In this document: in pieces, positions 13,621-26,239 of the stretch | How the letters are laid out: the number at the start of each line of letters is the position of its first letter | Position numbering within the stretch: the stretch's first letter is position 1 | DNA from: Haliotis rufescens | Taxonomy: Eukaryota | Length of the DNA: 64,000 nucleotides | Direction: 5' to 3' | NCBI RefSeq assembly: GCF_023055435.1 | Contig: NW_025963857.1 | Location: forward strand, 23,808,001-23,872,000 | The notes under the pieces: model-generated | Told to the model about the DNA's origin: nothing | Database searches by the model: none | Seen by the model: the letters and a program-made list of their open reading frames with translations, nothing else | Translations under genes and position numbers: made by a program

Positions 13621-15454
13621 GTTCCTTCGAGTAGTCACTGTCTGTGAATCAGCAGCCTTCATTCATTCAATTCATGTACATGTCTCTGGTTTTCATCTTA
13701 AAGTGACAAATACATTCACTGTCGCATTAACAATTGCTTTGAATGTCATTTAACTGTTCTGTAAGGTATATTATGAACGAGTACAACACCATTATCGATA
13801 GCCGATGGGCAGATTAAATACGGTCAAAGGTCGACACGTCTCCGAATACATGTCAATTTATAACTACCTCTACTGAACCTAACACAAATCATATTAGTTC
13901 AAAATGTCAACACTTCGGGTGTGTATACGCTGGTTTTTTTGGTTTTTTAGGTGCCGCGTATATTTGAATCTATCAAGACAAGGCTCGTTTAGAATTTAAC
14001 AAGTATGCCTGGCCTGGTAGTGTACGCTCACGGTTGTCGAAATGTTTGTTGAGGACATCATGTTCTGTAATACAATACGCGCACAGTTGTCGAAATGTTT
14101 GTTAAGGACATCATGTTCTGTAATGCGATACGCGACGCACCTTGATATATTTCATTATCGAAACACGTAAGTTCACAGAGTGATCAAGACATGTGCTGTA
14201 TGATTCGTTTATCACCAGAACAATCATCATATGTAGTCTTTCCCATTAGTATCTAACTTCAGAATACATGCATAAATATACCAAATACGCCACGGTTACG
14301 TTTATGTGATCGCTGTGACCGACCGAGTGAGTGAGTTGGGTTTAACGCCGCTTTTAACAGTATTCCAGTTATATCACGGCGTGTCAGCTTAATGTGGAAG
14401 GAAAGCCCCAAGTGATGCAGGTCTCAGACGTTTACCACTTCGGTGAAACCCACGAGCACGGGTATGGTGCTGACAAACCTAGAAACATAATCGGGGCGAA
14501 CCGGGATTCGAACCCACAATCATAGGTTTCCGGCGTGCCCAAGGGACGCAACCCTGCACAGCGAATCGCGGCGCCTTAGACGACTTGGCCACCCGTGCCC
14601 CCTGTGACCGACCGAATACTTGTATCTCCTCTATACCCATGAGTGTGTGTTTGTCGTTTAACGCTGCACTCTGCAGTATTCCAGCTAAAGGATGCCGGCC
14701 TAGAAATAATCGAGTCAAGACCAGAAAATCCAGTGATCGATATTGTGAGCAACGATTAACGCAGGCGGTGCACGATGACAGGCCATACACCATGTGTTCC
14801 TAACATTACCAGACAGCCGAACAATACCATTGCATGTATAACTTGTAGTGTTCAGCCATAAAAGTGAGTATAAACTGTAAAATATAAGAATGAGGGAGTG
14901 AGGTTTTACGCCGCCTATAGCAGATTTCCAGCTATATCACGACGGGGGACACCATGAATGGGCTTCACACATTGCGGCCTTATCGAGAATAGAACCCAGA
15001 TGTATAAATGACTCATCTTGAACCTTGTTGCTCTTTTAAAATCATTCTGTGGACAACAGTCAAGAAATTCCCATCGTTTTTGTCGATGGTACAAGGTTTT
15101 TTAAGATAAAATAAAGTAAATTCTTATAGCAAATTTGATCAATAAGGATTCAACACCATGAACAGTCACAACATGTAATAAAACATCCTTCGCCCAAACT
15201 TCCTGTGGATTCGAACTCGAATCTTGGCCGTGACGAATGATTACAATCGGCCCACATCAAAGATAGGAATTTTGTAAGCGATATATACAACACGACACGA
15301 TATGTTCAATGGTCCGCATTGACTCTCTCCATGTTATCAACGACCTCTCCTTGATTACTTTCAGTGATAACCTTTACACCATATCCAACTAGCACGCCAA
15401 CACTATACCCTGACAGGGAGCGATACGTGAACAATAATAACAGTTTGAAACACA

Positions 15455-18400
15455 ATGGAGCTTTATGTTAGTATTATTTTGCTGGTAATGATAGGCACAC
15501 GTGGGGTCAGTCTGGCTCAGAAAAACACACCAACGACATGTAAGTACTTTTTTGCCTTAAATTAGTGGTGTATTTATGTGTTACACTTAAACCGAAGGAT
15601 TGCTATACTTGCGTAATACAATACGTTAGCCCAGTGGTCTAAATAACATGTCACGTAAGTACTCTATGACATTATATCGGTTTTAGTGAGTATGGTTTTA
15701 CGCCACTTTTAGCCATATTCCAGCCATATTGTGGCGGGGGACACCAGAAATCGGCTTCACACATTGTACCAAAGAGGGGAATCGAACCCGGGTCTTCGGC
15801 GTGAAAGTGAACGCTTTAACCACTAGGCTACCTGTAATCTATGAATACCCTAACCGAAACATGTGCATTCTCGTCTTTTCCGCGACTCTATCTTTTAATG
15901 TTTGCCTTTTTCTAAATACATGTGTTACTCATTCACATATAGTAATCAGGAGTAATGTGTCACGCTGCACTCTGCAATATCCCAGCTATATCAAGACGGC
16001 CTGTGCGGACGATTGGATAACAAATTTGACTCCTAAAGTATCACATTTACGATGCTGCATATATCGGCTAATAATCTTTTTGTATCTGTAAGGGTGCGCT
16101 ATATTGTGACTGTTATATTCCTTATCAGGACGTTTATGCTTCACACTTTATCCTACATTCTATATATGTATGTTTAATGTTGATATGTTATGCTTTATCA
16201 CTTATGTTTTATCCTTTGTCATGTTTGCTTTATCCTTTGCGCAACATCCTTTGTCTTTTATGATTATGCTGTATGCCTTCGAAGACAAACGGGGGCACAG
16301 GTGGAGTTCCGTCCCTTGAGCACGCCAGAAACCTATGCTTGTGGGCTCGAACACCGGTTCGGCTCTATACTGTTTCTAGGTTTGTCAGCACCATACCCGT
16401 GCTCGTGGGTTTCAATAAGTGGTAATCCTCTGAGACCGGCATCACTCCGGGCTTTCCTCCCACATTAAGCTGACACGCCTTGATATAACTAGAATACTGT
16501 TCAAAGCGGCGTTAAACCAAACACACTCACTCACTCAAAGACAATATTATACCGTTCTTATCTTCTTACATCGCTTACTTAGAAGGAGACGTTTCAATGG
16601 TGAATGTCTGTATCCTTTATCCTTTCAGTTGAGCTTTCTGAAGAATGTGGCAATACGATCATTATTTCGGAAGATATGCTTCTCAAATTATCCGTGAACA
16701 ACACCAGGAAGAAACAAGAGAGTTGTAAGACGTTGGTTGAAAGTGACGTTGACGGCAATCGTTTGTTAGTTCGCCTCCTCAGTATTGACATCCCCGACTA
16801 TCCAGATTGCTCGAAAGCCGGCCTCAATGTGTCTCAGATAGAGGGCAAACATGCTTCAGGTGAGACTGGGATGGCCACAGAATCATACCTAGTACACATG
16901 TGTTTCTTTTCGTTCGGCTCCGCGGGGATTCCACAAGATATTTTATGAGATAGCCATTGTATTCGGTAAGGCATCCATATCTTTTATGTGTTTCTCATCT
17001 CCAACCTCACCAGCAAGAGAGCGGGCGGGGGAAGTAAGAAAAAAACAATAAAATTTAAAAATACTTTTTTTACTAATTGTGTGACTTTTTTGAGGACATT
17101 TAAAAGTATAAACCACTTGGTACCAGTCAGTGACAAAACACTCTCCACAAGACTATATGACAAGAGGGATGACTTCAACTTTCCAATCGTCAACCTTCCC
17201 TTCATGTCGAGCAATATTCTTGCAACTCCCGTCTTTGATGTCTATATTTAACAACTTTTGAGGTACAGTCGAGCATGCTCTTTCTACCAAGATTTCAAAG
17301 AGTGCCGTACAACTCAAAATAATATTCAAAATTTTCAATTCTCAAAAGCAGTTCGATAAAGATTACAGTAACGCTTCAAAATGTTTTATGGTAGACATGT
17401 GGAGGACATTTCCAAATGTGACGCATCAGTGACAAAAATCATGTCTGATACAATTCCCTATGTTGACTTGAACCATATGTTCCCGTGTTTTTTCAGTTGA
17501 ACAATTGACTTGCCTTTGCATGTGTTTGTGACGGGTGCCACCGGTGGGGCAGGATACGCTCACCTTTTCGTGAACACCTGGAAACATCACTTAGTCTATT
17601 TGATATTTATTCATAAACACATGCTCATGATATCGTACCATCGACTTGTCATAATATGCAAATATATGGAAAGAGCTTTGTCGCTTTTATGTAAATCAAT
17701 TTACGACGAAGATCGAGTCGCTTGCTTCGGAAGCGAATGTTTAATAGATATAGCTGAAGAAATTTCAAGCTGACCTAGTTTTGTATGAGCGTGCAGTGGT
17801 AGTAGTAATTTTTTGTCACCTCGGAGCATAAGTTGGGACAATTGAGATACGAAAATTGTGTATTGTGTTACGCCGGAATGGAAATTCAGGGCGGGTGGGA
17901 GATGGGAAACTCAGAAAATGTACGGAGAGCCTTGTATCGCTTCGAAGAGGATTGAGGGTTGGAACTGTTCCAGTAACATATGCTGGTCTTACGAGACCAA
18001 ACAATGGCGGATCCAGCATTTCTAAAAGGGCAGGATCCAAAATATCAAAATCCTCACTCAGTCAATTATACTGCCAACACATACTACATTTGGTTTTCAA
18101 AAAGAGAGGGGGTGTCAGGACCCCCTGGATCCCCCCTCTGGATCCCCCCTCTGCATCCACCCTCTGGATCCACCCCCTGGATCCCCCCTCAGGATCCCCC
18201 CTCTGGATCCACCTCTGGATCCACCCCCTGGATCCACCCTCTGGATCCACCCCCTGGATCCCCCCTCTGGATCCACCCCCTGGATCCACCCTCTGGATCC
18301 ACCCTCTAGATCCACCCTCTGGATCCACCCCCTGGATCCACCCTCTGGATCCACCTCTGGATCCACCCTCTGGATCCACCTCTGGATCCACCCTCTGGAT

Positions 18401-21400
18401 CCACCCTCTGGATCCACCCTCTAGATCCACCCTCTGGATCCACCTCTGGATCCACCCTCTGGATCCACCCCTGGATCCACCCTCTGGATCCACCCTCTGG
18501 ATCCACCTCTGGATCCACCCTCTGGATCCACCTCTGGATCCACCCTCTGGATCCACCTCTGGATCCACCCCCTGGATCCACCCTCTGGATCCACCCTCTA
18601 GATCCACCCTCTGGATCCACCCCCTGGATCCACCCTCTGGATCCACCTCTGGATCCACCCCCTGGATCCACCCTCTGGATCCCCCCTCTGGATCCACCTA
18701 TGCCAAATGAGTCATGGTCGGTGACTTGGTTGATTGCGTGTCATCGTACCCGACGGCGCAGATTGTCTGGTTCAGAACACGTTATATAGCAGAACTAAAC
18801 ATTAGCAGGGAATTAAAAACAAACAAACAATTTATGTATTGTATAATTCAAGTATATTATCATCGATTATAGTATGCACGTGTAATCCATGCTGTTCACC
18901 ATGTCGTTCAGGCATCATTTCATCCGCAAGAAATCAGACATCAGATACGAGACCTGTGGGTTTCACGAAAGTCCCAAATGTCTAAAACCTGCATCACTAA
19001 GCGTATATCTGACGCACCGTGTTTAAGCTCTGTTCAAAGCTGCGTTACACCCAAAGAAACTAAGGCGCTCAGTTGACTTCATGATATGTTCATATTCATT
19101 TAAATGTATCTTAAGAAAGCGATATTATGTCCCCAAAATGAACTGCACTGTCGCTTAGTCAGCACTCAAAGAATACTGTACATGGTTTTATTTTTTTAAA
19201 CAAAATAACTTAATACCCAGCTGCCTATGGGTATCTAAGACATCTCATCTTTGAAAATCAATCAGTTTCCTTTTTTGGGGCACAAATTTACAATATTTCA
19301 AGACGATAGGGGCCATGTGGTTGCAAATTCATACCTAACTCCAATCTTCACTTAACTGATGTATTTTTACACAAAATTGCCCAGCCACAGATTACCTTTT
19401 GCAAACTTGCAGGAATGAGTGATGATTAATTAGATATAATAAAATTTAACAACAGTTCTTCAATTTTCAATTATAAAAAAAACAAACTGGGTATACTTTC
19501 TTTTGACCCTCATCCTAACTCACTGGAGCGCTACATATATGTAGACATTTCACATTATCCACCATAATTAATATATAATTGTAGCGTTTATGACATTAAG
19601 CCAATATTTCTTTTTTAATTTCTTCAAGAACGTCTATGTGGTACCAACATAACCACTCCAGTCTTCAACTCCAGCGGTCAGTCAGTGGGAGTTTGGTACT
19701 ATTCCAACCGTGGCGAGCATGAGGCTTCTCGGGACGTCTTCACTCTTCTTATCACGTCCTTTCACGAACAGATAAATGGTATGTGCTACTGAACGCTCGA
19801 GCACTTACACTAGTGAAGATCCGGGGTAGAATAGGTCTTCAGCAACCTACACTTGCTGTAAAAGACGATTATTCTTGTTGTAAGAGGTGACTAACGGGAT
19901 CGGGTGGTCAGGCTAGCTGACTTAGTTGATGCATTTCATCGTATTCCAATTGCTAGGGACCCTTGATAATCCGTAGTAAAATAGGTCTTCAGCAACCCAT
20001 TCTTGCTGTAAAAGACGATTATGCTTGTCGTAAGAGGCGACTAACGGGATCGGGTGGTCAGGCTCGCTGACTTGGTTGATGCATTTCATCGTATTCCAAT
20101 TGCTAGGGACCCTTGATGATCCGGGGTAGAATAGGTCTTCAGCAACCCATTCTTGCTGTAAAAGACGATTATGCTTGTCGTAAGAGGCGACTAACGGGAT
20201 CGGGTGGTCAGGCTCGCTGACTTGGTTGATGCATTTCATCGTATTCCAATTGCTAGGGACCCTTGATGATCCGGGGTAGAATAGGTCTTCAGCAACCCAT
20301 TCTTGCTGTAAAAGACGATTATGCTTGTCGTAAGAGGCGACTAACGGGATCGGGTGGTCAGGCTCGCTGACTTGGTTGATGCATTTCATCGTATTCCAAT
20401 TGCTAGGGACCCTTGATGATCGGGGGTAGAATAGGTCTTCAGCAACCCATTCTTGCTGTAAAAGACGACTATGCTTGTCGTAAGAGGCGACTAACGGGAT
20501 CGGGTGGTCAGGCTCGCTGACTTGATTGATGCATTTCATCGTATTCCAATTGCTAGGGACCCTTGATGATCCGGGGTAGAATTAGGTCTTTAGCAACCCA
20601 TTCTTGCTGTAAAAGACGACTATGCCTGTCGTATGAGGCGACTAACGGGATCGGGTGGTCAGGCTCGCTGACTTGGTTGATGCATTTCATCGTATTCCAA
20701 TTGCTAGGGACCCTTGATGATCCGGGGTAGAATAGGTCTTCAGCAACCCATTCTTGCTGTAAAAGACGATTATGCTTGTCGTAAGAGGCGACTAACGGGA
20801 TCGGGTGGTCAGGCTCGCTGACTTGGTTGATGCATTTCATCGTATTCCAATTGCTAGGGACCCTTGATGATCCGGGGTAGAATAGGTCTTCAGCAACCCA
20901 TTCTTGCTGTAAAAGACGATTATGCTTGTTGTAAGAGGCGACTAACGGGATCGGGTGGTCAGGCTCGCTGACTTGATTGATGCATGTCTTCGTATTCCAA
21001 TTGCTAGGGACCCTTGATGATCGGGGGTAGAATAGGTCTTCAGCAACCCATTCTTGCTGTAAAGGGCGACTATGCTTGTCGTAAGAAGCGACTAACGGGA
21101 TCGAGTGGCCAGGCTCGCTGACTTGGTTGATGCATGTCATCGTATCCCAAATGCATGGATCGATGCGCTTGATGCCAGTCACTGGATTGTCTGGTCCAGA
21201 TAAGATTATTTACATACCACCGTCATATAGCTGGAATATTGCAGAGTGCGGCGTTAAACAAAAACAAACAAACAAACAAAACCAATTGCGTGGATCGATG
21301 CGCATGATGTCAATCACTGGATTGTCTGGTCCAGACTCGATTCTTTACAGACCACCGTTATGTATCTTGAAAGCTTCCCTTAATACCGACTATGCTTGTC

Positions 21401-21902
21401 GTAAGAGGCGACTAACGGGATCGGGTTGCCAGGCTTGCTGACTTGGTTGATGCATGTCATCGATCCCAATTGCGTGGATCGATGCTCATGGTACCAATCA
21501 CTGGATTTTCTGGTCCAGACTCGATTATTCACAACCGCCGTCATATAGCTGGAATATTGCTGAGTGCGGCGTTAAGCAACAAACCAATCCCAAACCAAAA
21601 CCCTTAACACCAGAGTCGCCTAAGAGGATGTCTTTGTTGCAGGGGCGTGTACGTCCTATGACTTCACGTGCAGTAACTCACTCTGCATAGACAGCGACAT
21701 GACCTGCAACAACTACGATGACTGCTCCGATAATTCGGACGAGACGATTGGCTGTAATGCGACCGAAGGAAACCAGCTGGTGAAGAAAGTTGTTATTGTG
21801 TCTGTATGTTGTGGGGTGTTTCTGTTAGCTGTTGTTTGTGTCTTCGCCGTCAAAATACACCGAGCAAGGAACAGACGTGGGTCATATTTACCTATTGACT
21901 GA
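15455..21902 (+). CDS. Cluster gene 2: signal peptide + CUB-like + LDLa + TM + YLPI tail, 241 aa; exons 15455-15539, 16629-16859, 19629-19778, 21643-21902
   Basis: Canonical splice sites, all phase 1, 726 nt in frame. MELYVSIILLVMIG..; EECGNTIII..SCKTLVES..NRLLVRLLSIDI..DCSK; ERLCG..FTLLITSF; CTSYDFTCSNSLCIDSDMTCNNYDDCSDNSDE; TM VVIVSVCCGVFLLAVVCVFAV. Confidence 0.87.
17130..17600 (+). mobile_element. 5'-truncated Penelope-like retroelement fragment (RT C-terminus plus 3' end). Related pieces at ~29300-29400, 33911-34040, 41860-41950(-), 47150-47610(-) plus 47970-48060(-), 49975-50040(-), 59575-59950(-)
   Basis: TRLYDKRDDFNFPIVNLPFMSSNI..VYI*QLLRYSRACS motif and a shared 3' sequence GTTTGTGACGGGTGCCACCGGTGGGGCAGGATACGCTCACC. 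Confidence 0.7.
18005..18700. repeat. GGCGGATCCAG-type MITE whose right end is amplified into a (CTGGATCCACCCT)n array
   Basis: Left GGCGGATCCAG at ~18006; 12-14 bp BamHI-site repeats from ~18120 to 18700 match its reverse complement. Confidence 0.75.
19814..21280 (+). repeat. Head-to-tail array of ~9 x 150-bp 5' modules of SINE family C, ending in a full copy (gene 2 intron 3)
   Basis: Unit GACCCTTGATGATCCGGGGTAGAATAGGTCTTCAGC...CGTATTCCAATTGCTAGG repeats with a 150-bp period. Confidence 0.95.
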
Positions 21903-22653
21903 TTACGTACTAACAGTGTATAACGAGATTCGACTAAGAATTGTGTTAATATTCTTTTTATATCTGATTTCATAAATGACAAATTTGGCTTACTTAATAA
22001 TGTCAAAGCATATATACCATTCGCCACCATCCTTTCAGTAATCTGCAAGAAAAAATCTACTCACATCGATAAATGTTGTGCGCGAAAACGCAAAAAGAAA
22101 CAGTCAGAAAGCTCGTATCATTTGGTTCTCTTTAATAGTTTTCGTTAAAAGGCACAGCTGGTATGTATAGTCAAAGGAACATCTCACTCTAAAGTATATA
22201 CTAAATAAACTTCGAAGTACGTACCCTTCCAGATTCCGGGGTAGAATAGATCTTCAGCAACCCATGCGTGCCGTAAAAGGCGACTATGCTTGTTGTAAGA
22301 GGCGACTAACGGGATCGGGTGGTCAGGCTGGCAGACTTGGTTGATACATGTCATCGATCCCAATTGCGTGGATCGATGCTTATGCTGTCAATCGCTGGAT
22401 TGTCTGGTCCAGACTCGATTATTTTACAGACCGCCGTCATATAGCTGGAATATTGCTGAGTGCGGCGTTAAAGAACAAACAAACAAACAAACAAACAAAC
22501 CCTTCCATACCAAAAGCAGCCTCTGCCTAAATACAGTATTTGTTTTTTCTATTTGTATTGCAAATGTCTAAATTTATATTCATTAACACGTCTATAACCT
22601 TACAATTAGGCATATATATATGTACATCGAGTGTAAACTCATTTAAATGAAGC

Positions 22654-22656
<3 letters not shown>

Positions 22657-22698
<42 letters not shown>
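22657..22698 (+). repeat. (GATA)n microsatellite
   Basis: About 10 perfect units. Confidence 0.95.
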
Positions 22699-22699
<1 letters not shown>

Positions 22700-23319
22700 T
22701 TTATTACTATTTTGGGGAATGCTGGATAAGAAAAGATCGATGAATAAGTAGATGCGCTCGGGGTATATCTACGTTTGTTTGTTTGCTGTTTAACGCTGCA
22801 CTCAGCAATACTCCAGCTATATGACGGTGGTCCATAAATAATTGAATGTGGACCAGACAATCCAGTGATTGACATCATGAGCACCGATCTACGCAATTGG
22901 GCTACGATGACATGCATGAAACAAGTCAGCGAGCCTGACCACCCGATCCCGTTAGTCGCCTCTTACGACAAAAATAGTCGCCTTTTACAGCAAGCATGGG
23001 TTGCTGAAGACCTATTCTACCCCGGATCTTCACGGGTCGAAAATCTGTGTAACATTCTTAACAATTAATACAGTGCCGAACTCTGCGCCAAATCTAACAA
23101 CTCTTCTTTCATTATTTGGGGCATGGGAACCCAGTCGTCTAAGGCGACGGAGTTCGCTGTGAATGTGGGTTCCTATGAGTGTGGGTTCGAATCCCTGTTC
23201 GCCCTGATCATATTTCAAAGTTTGTTAGCACCATACCCGTGCTCGTGGGTTTCACCAAAATTGTAAATGTAAAAGACCTGCTTCACTTCGGGCTTTCCGG
23301 CTTTCCTCCCACATTACCC

Positions 23320-23600
23320 GACCCTTGAAGATCCGGGTTAGAATAGGTCTTCAGCAACCCATGCTTGCCGTAAGAGGCGACTATGCTTGTCGTAAGAGGC
23401 GACTAACGGGATCGGGTGGTCAGGCTCGCTGACTTGGTTGATGCACGTTCATCGATCCCAATTGCGTGGATCGATGCTCATGATATCAATCACTGGATTG
23501 TCTGGTCTAGACTCGATTATTTACAGACCGCCGTCATATAGCTGGAATATTGTTGAGTGTGGCGCTAAACAACAAACCAACCAACCAGCCAACCAACCCA
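23320..23600 (+). mobile_element. SINE family C (no tRNA head, ~265 bp, (AAAC)n tail), representative copy. Others at ~255-470(-), 692-957, 2055-2277, 3640-3843, 10050-10290(-), 12005-12274, 12340-12570, 22230-22500, 22773-23039(-), 35712-35966, 36372-36641(-), 44080-44650, 52292-52554, 53418-53635, 59357-59577(-), 60080-60310
   Basis: Conserved GACCCGTGAAGATCCGGG..TGTCGTAAGAGGCGACTAACGGGATC..GGAATATTGCTGAGTGCGGCGTTAAAC in many copies. Confidence 0.9.
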
Positions 23601-26239
23601 CATTACCCACTCACTCGCTCTTTCATTGTACCCGCAAACACCGGAAGACCTTTAAGTTAAAGTCATATATATATATATATTTTTTTTAGAAAGCTTACAG
23701 TAAGGAAAATAAATGTATAGGCGGGGAGATACTGCAGCTCCTATCTAATGTATTTCAACATCTAGTGATCGCGAGAAGGGCTAAGCCTTCGTTCAGTTTG
23801 TCCCGGAAGAGAACGAGTGGTCCCGAATGGCATTTATAAATGTATCTCTTTAACGACAGGTTCTTTAACGAATCTGCAAGTTATGGTTTTAATAAAATTT
23901 GCAACACCAAATATGAAAATATCTTTAAATGTATAATGCAAACATGCAATGAATAAACGTAATAGGTAGTTATAGCTTTGAGGTTGTTATTGAGAATTTG
24001 ATGCCCGTAAATTCCATTCGGACAGGTAGCCAGAGGTTTTACATGTTAAAATGGCCGATCAAGTGTTCAGATAAATTTTGAACAAATGCGGTATGTTTCT
24101 TACCAACCGAGTGACAAGTTTTTCAAATTCAGGATTGAGCAAAATAAAGATACTTTAGAAACGTAATCATGCGCAATAGAATATTTTTATTCAACAAATC
24201 AGATCGCAGCAAACACTTTTATTCGTTAACAATAAAGTGACAGCCTCCGTGGTGTATTGGATAGAGATTCTGCCCTGAGAGCATGTTAAACTGCGGCATG
24301 GTATCATAGTGGGCTAGCACGATGGAAGCGGCATTAGTGCTAACTTGTACAAGCAGCGACACCCCAATTTACAACAGAGAAGCTATGACCTGTCGAACAA
24401 AATTAAATTCATAATTCCATATCGGGTGTCAACATAACTAAACAGTCCACATCTGTTATTGTATGAATAGCCTGCAAATATCAGCCATGAGTGAGTGAGT
24501 GAGTGAGTGAGTTGTGTTTAACGCCGCCTGAACACTATTTCAGTTATATCACAGCCTGTCAGTTTGGGAGGAAGGCGTCAAATGATGCAGGTCTTAGATG
24601 TTTACCACTTTCGTGAAACACGACTAACCAAGAAACATAATCAGGGCGATTCTGGAATTCGAATCCACGCTCATTGGTTTCGTCCTAAGGGACGCAACTC
24701 TGCATAGCGAGTTCCTCAGACAACTGGGGTGACTAATATTAAGCCATCCAAGTTGAAAATATATCACATTGTCAACAATACAAGTCTAATGTTGTCGATC
24801 AGAAATTGATCAGATATGAATACAACTGTGCCCTGAGCGGATTTTTGTCTCCATTCAGCGATATTTATTTAAAAAATATATCATTGCTGATCGTACAAAG
24901 ACCTCAAGACATCATATGATATGTGCATATCTAAACATGTTTAGGAATGTGTGTAAATCCTAACCAGAATAAACATTTGGTGTGTTCTGTCTAAACACAT
25001 TTAGGGTCTTCTCACAGCCTAAACACCACCTAAACACAACATCCCCATATCTAAACATGTTTAAAATTTGAATTTAAATAACGACAAAGTACATATCACT
25101 GTGTATTACCTTAATTATCTAAATTAAGTGCAAATAATGGGGCATTAATTCAAATATGGATAAGATATTTATTATATATTTGAAATTAGATTCACAAGCA
25201 CATGCATAACACATATACCATCAGGACTTACAACGAACTTGGTATAATATTAACAAGATAATGGGCATAAAAAACTAATGATAATATTGACGAGGACAAT
25301 TTGACATTTGTGACGTAAACTGTCTCGGTAGCGCAGGTGGTAACGTGAAGGACTACCAGTCTAGAGGTTGCAAGGTCGCATCGTAGTTATTACAAGCTTT
25401 ATGTTCAGGAATGAGTGAGTCTTATGGTTTTACGCCGCTTTTAGCAATATTCCAGCAATATCACGGCGGGGGACACAAGAAATGGGCTTCACACATTGTA
25501 CCCATGTCGGGAATCGAACCCGGGTCTTCGGCGTGACGAGCGAACGTTTTAACCACTAGGCTACCCGACCGCTCCTGTTCAGGAATGTGTTGTTGTATGA
25601 CGAATAGTATTTCTATTATACCGGACACGGTACGATACTACGATAGACCCCCAACTTTAAATTTAAATTTAAAGTTACATCTCCCCCCAAACGTCTTTCA
25701 TTGGAGGCTAAAGCACTAAAATATAGTGAGTGAGTGAGTTTGGTTTTACGCCGCTTTAAGCAATATTCCAGCAATATTACGGCGGGTACACCAGAAATGG
25801 GCTTCACACATTGCACCCATGTCGGGAATCGAACCCGGGTCTTCGGCGTGACGAGCGAACGCTTTAACCACTAGGCTACCCGACTGCCCCCTGAAATATT
25901 GTAAGCGCACCTTTTTTAAAATTATCTATAATGAGTTTCAAGGAGGGATTTTAGGTTTGTGATTAGGAGCCAAAGTTATCGTCTTTAACATTAAAATTGT
26001 AGTACGATCATCTCCGGGAATTTCCTTGCAGGGGCCAACCACTGGATACTAGGGGGAAGGGGGTACTTGCACTTTTGGATTTTATTATTATTAACAGAAT
26101 TGTACAGTGGTTATATTTTGTCATACCAATTTGTCATTAACATGCATGTGCAATAGGTTTGTAATGAGAATTATCTGAATAAAAGATGATCCTTATAACA
26201 TCCATATCACATGTTGTATGTTATAGACCTAGTTGTATC

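Noticed and set aside
17856-18710. 284-aa Pro/Trp-rich ORF and its antisense ORFs
   Set aside because: Low-complexity GGATCC repeat inside gene 2 intron 2.
19814-21182. Regularly spaced repeats as a CRISPR array, or the 205/209-aa repeat proteins
   Set aside because: Units are near-identical with no unique spacers, the context is eukaryotic, there are no cas genes, and the units derive from SINE C.
23003-23045. CTGAAGA...GAAA hammerhead-like string at a SINE C end
   Set aside because: The GAAA comes from flanking DNA in this copy only, and no helix I or III is supported.
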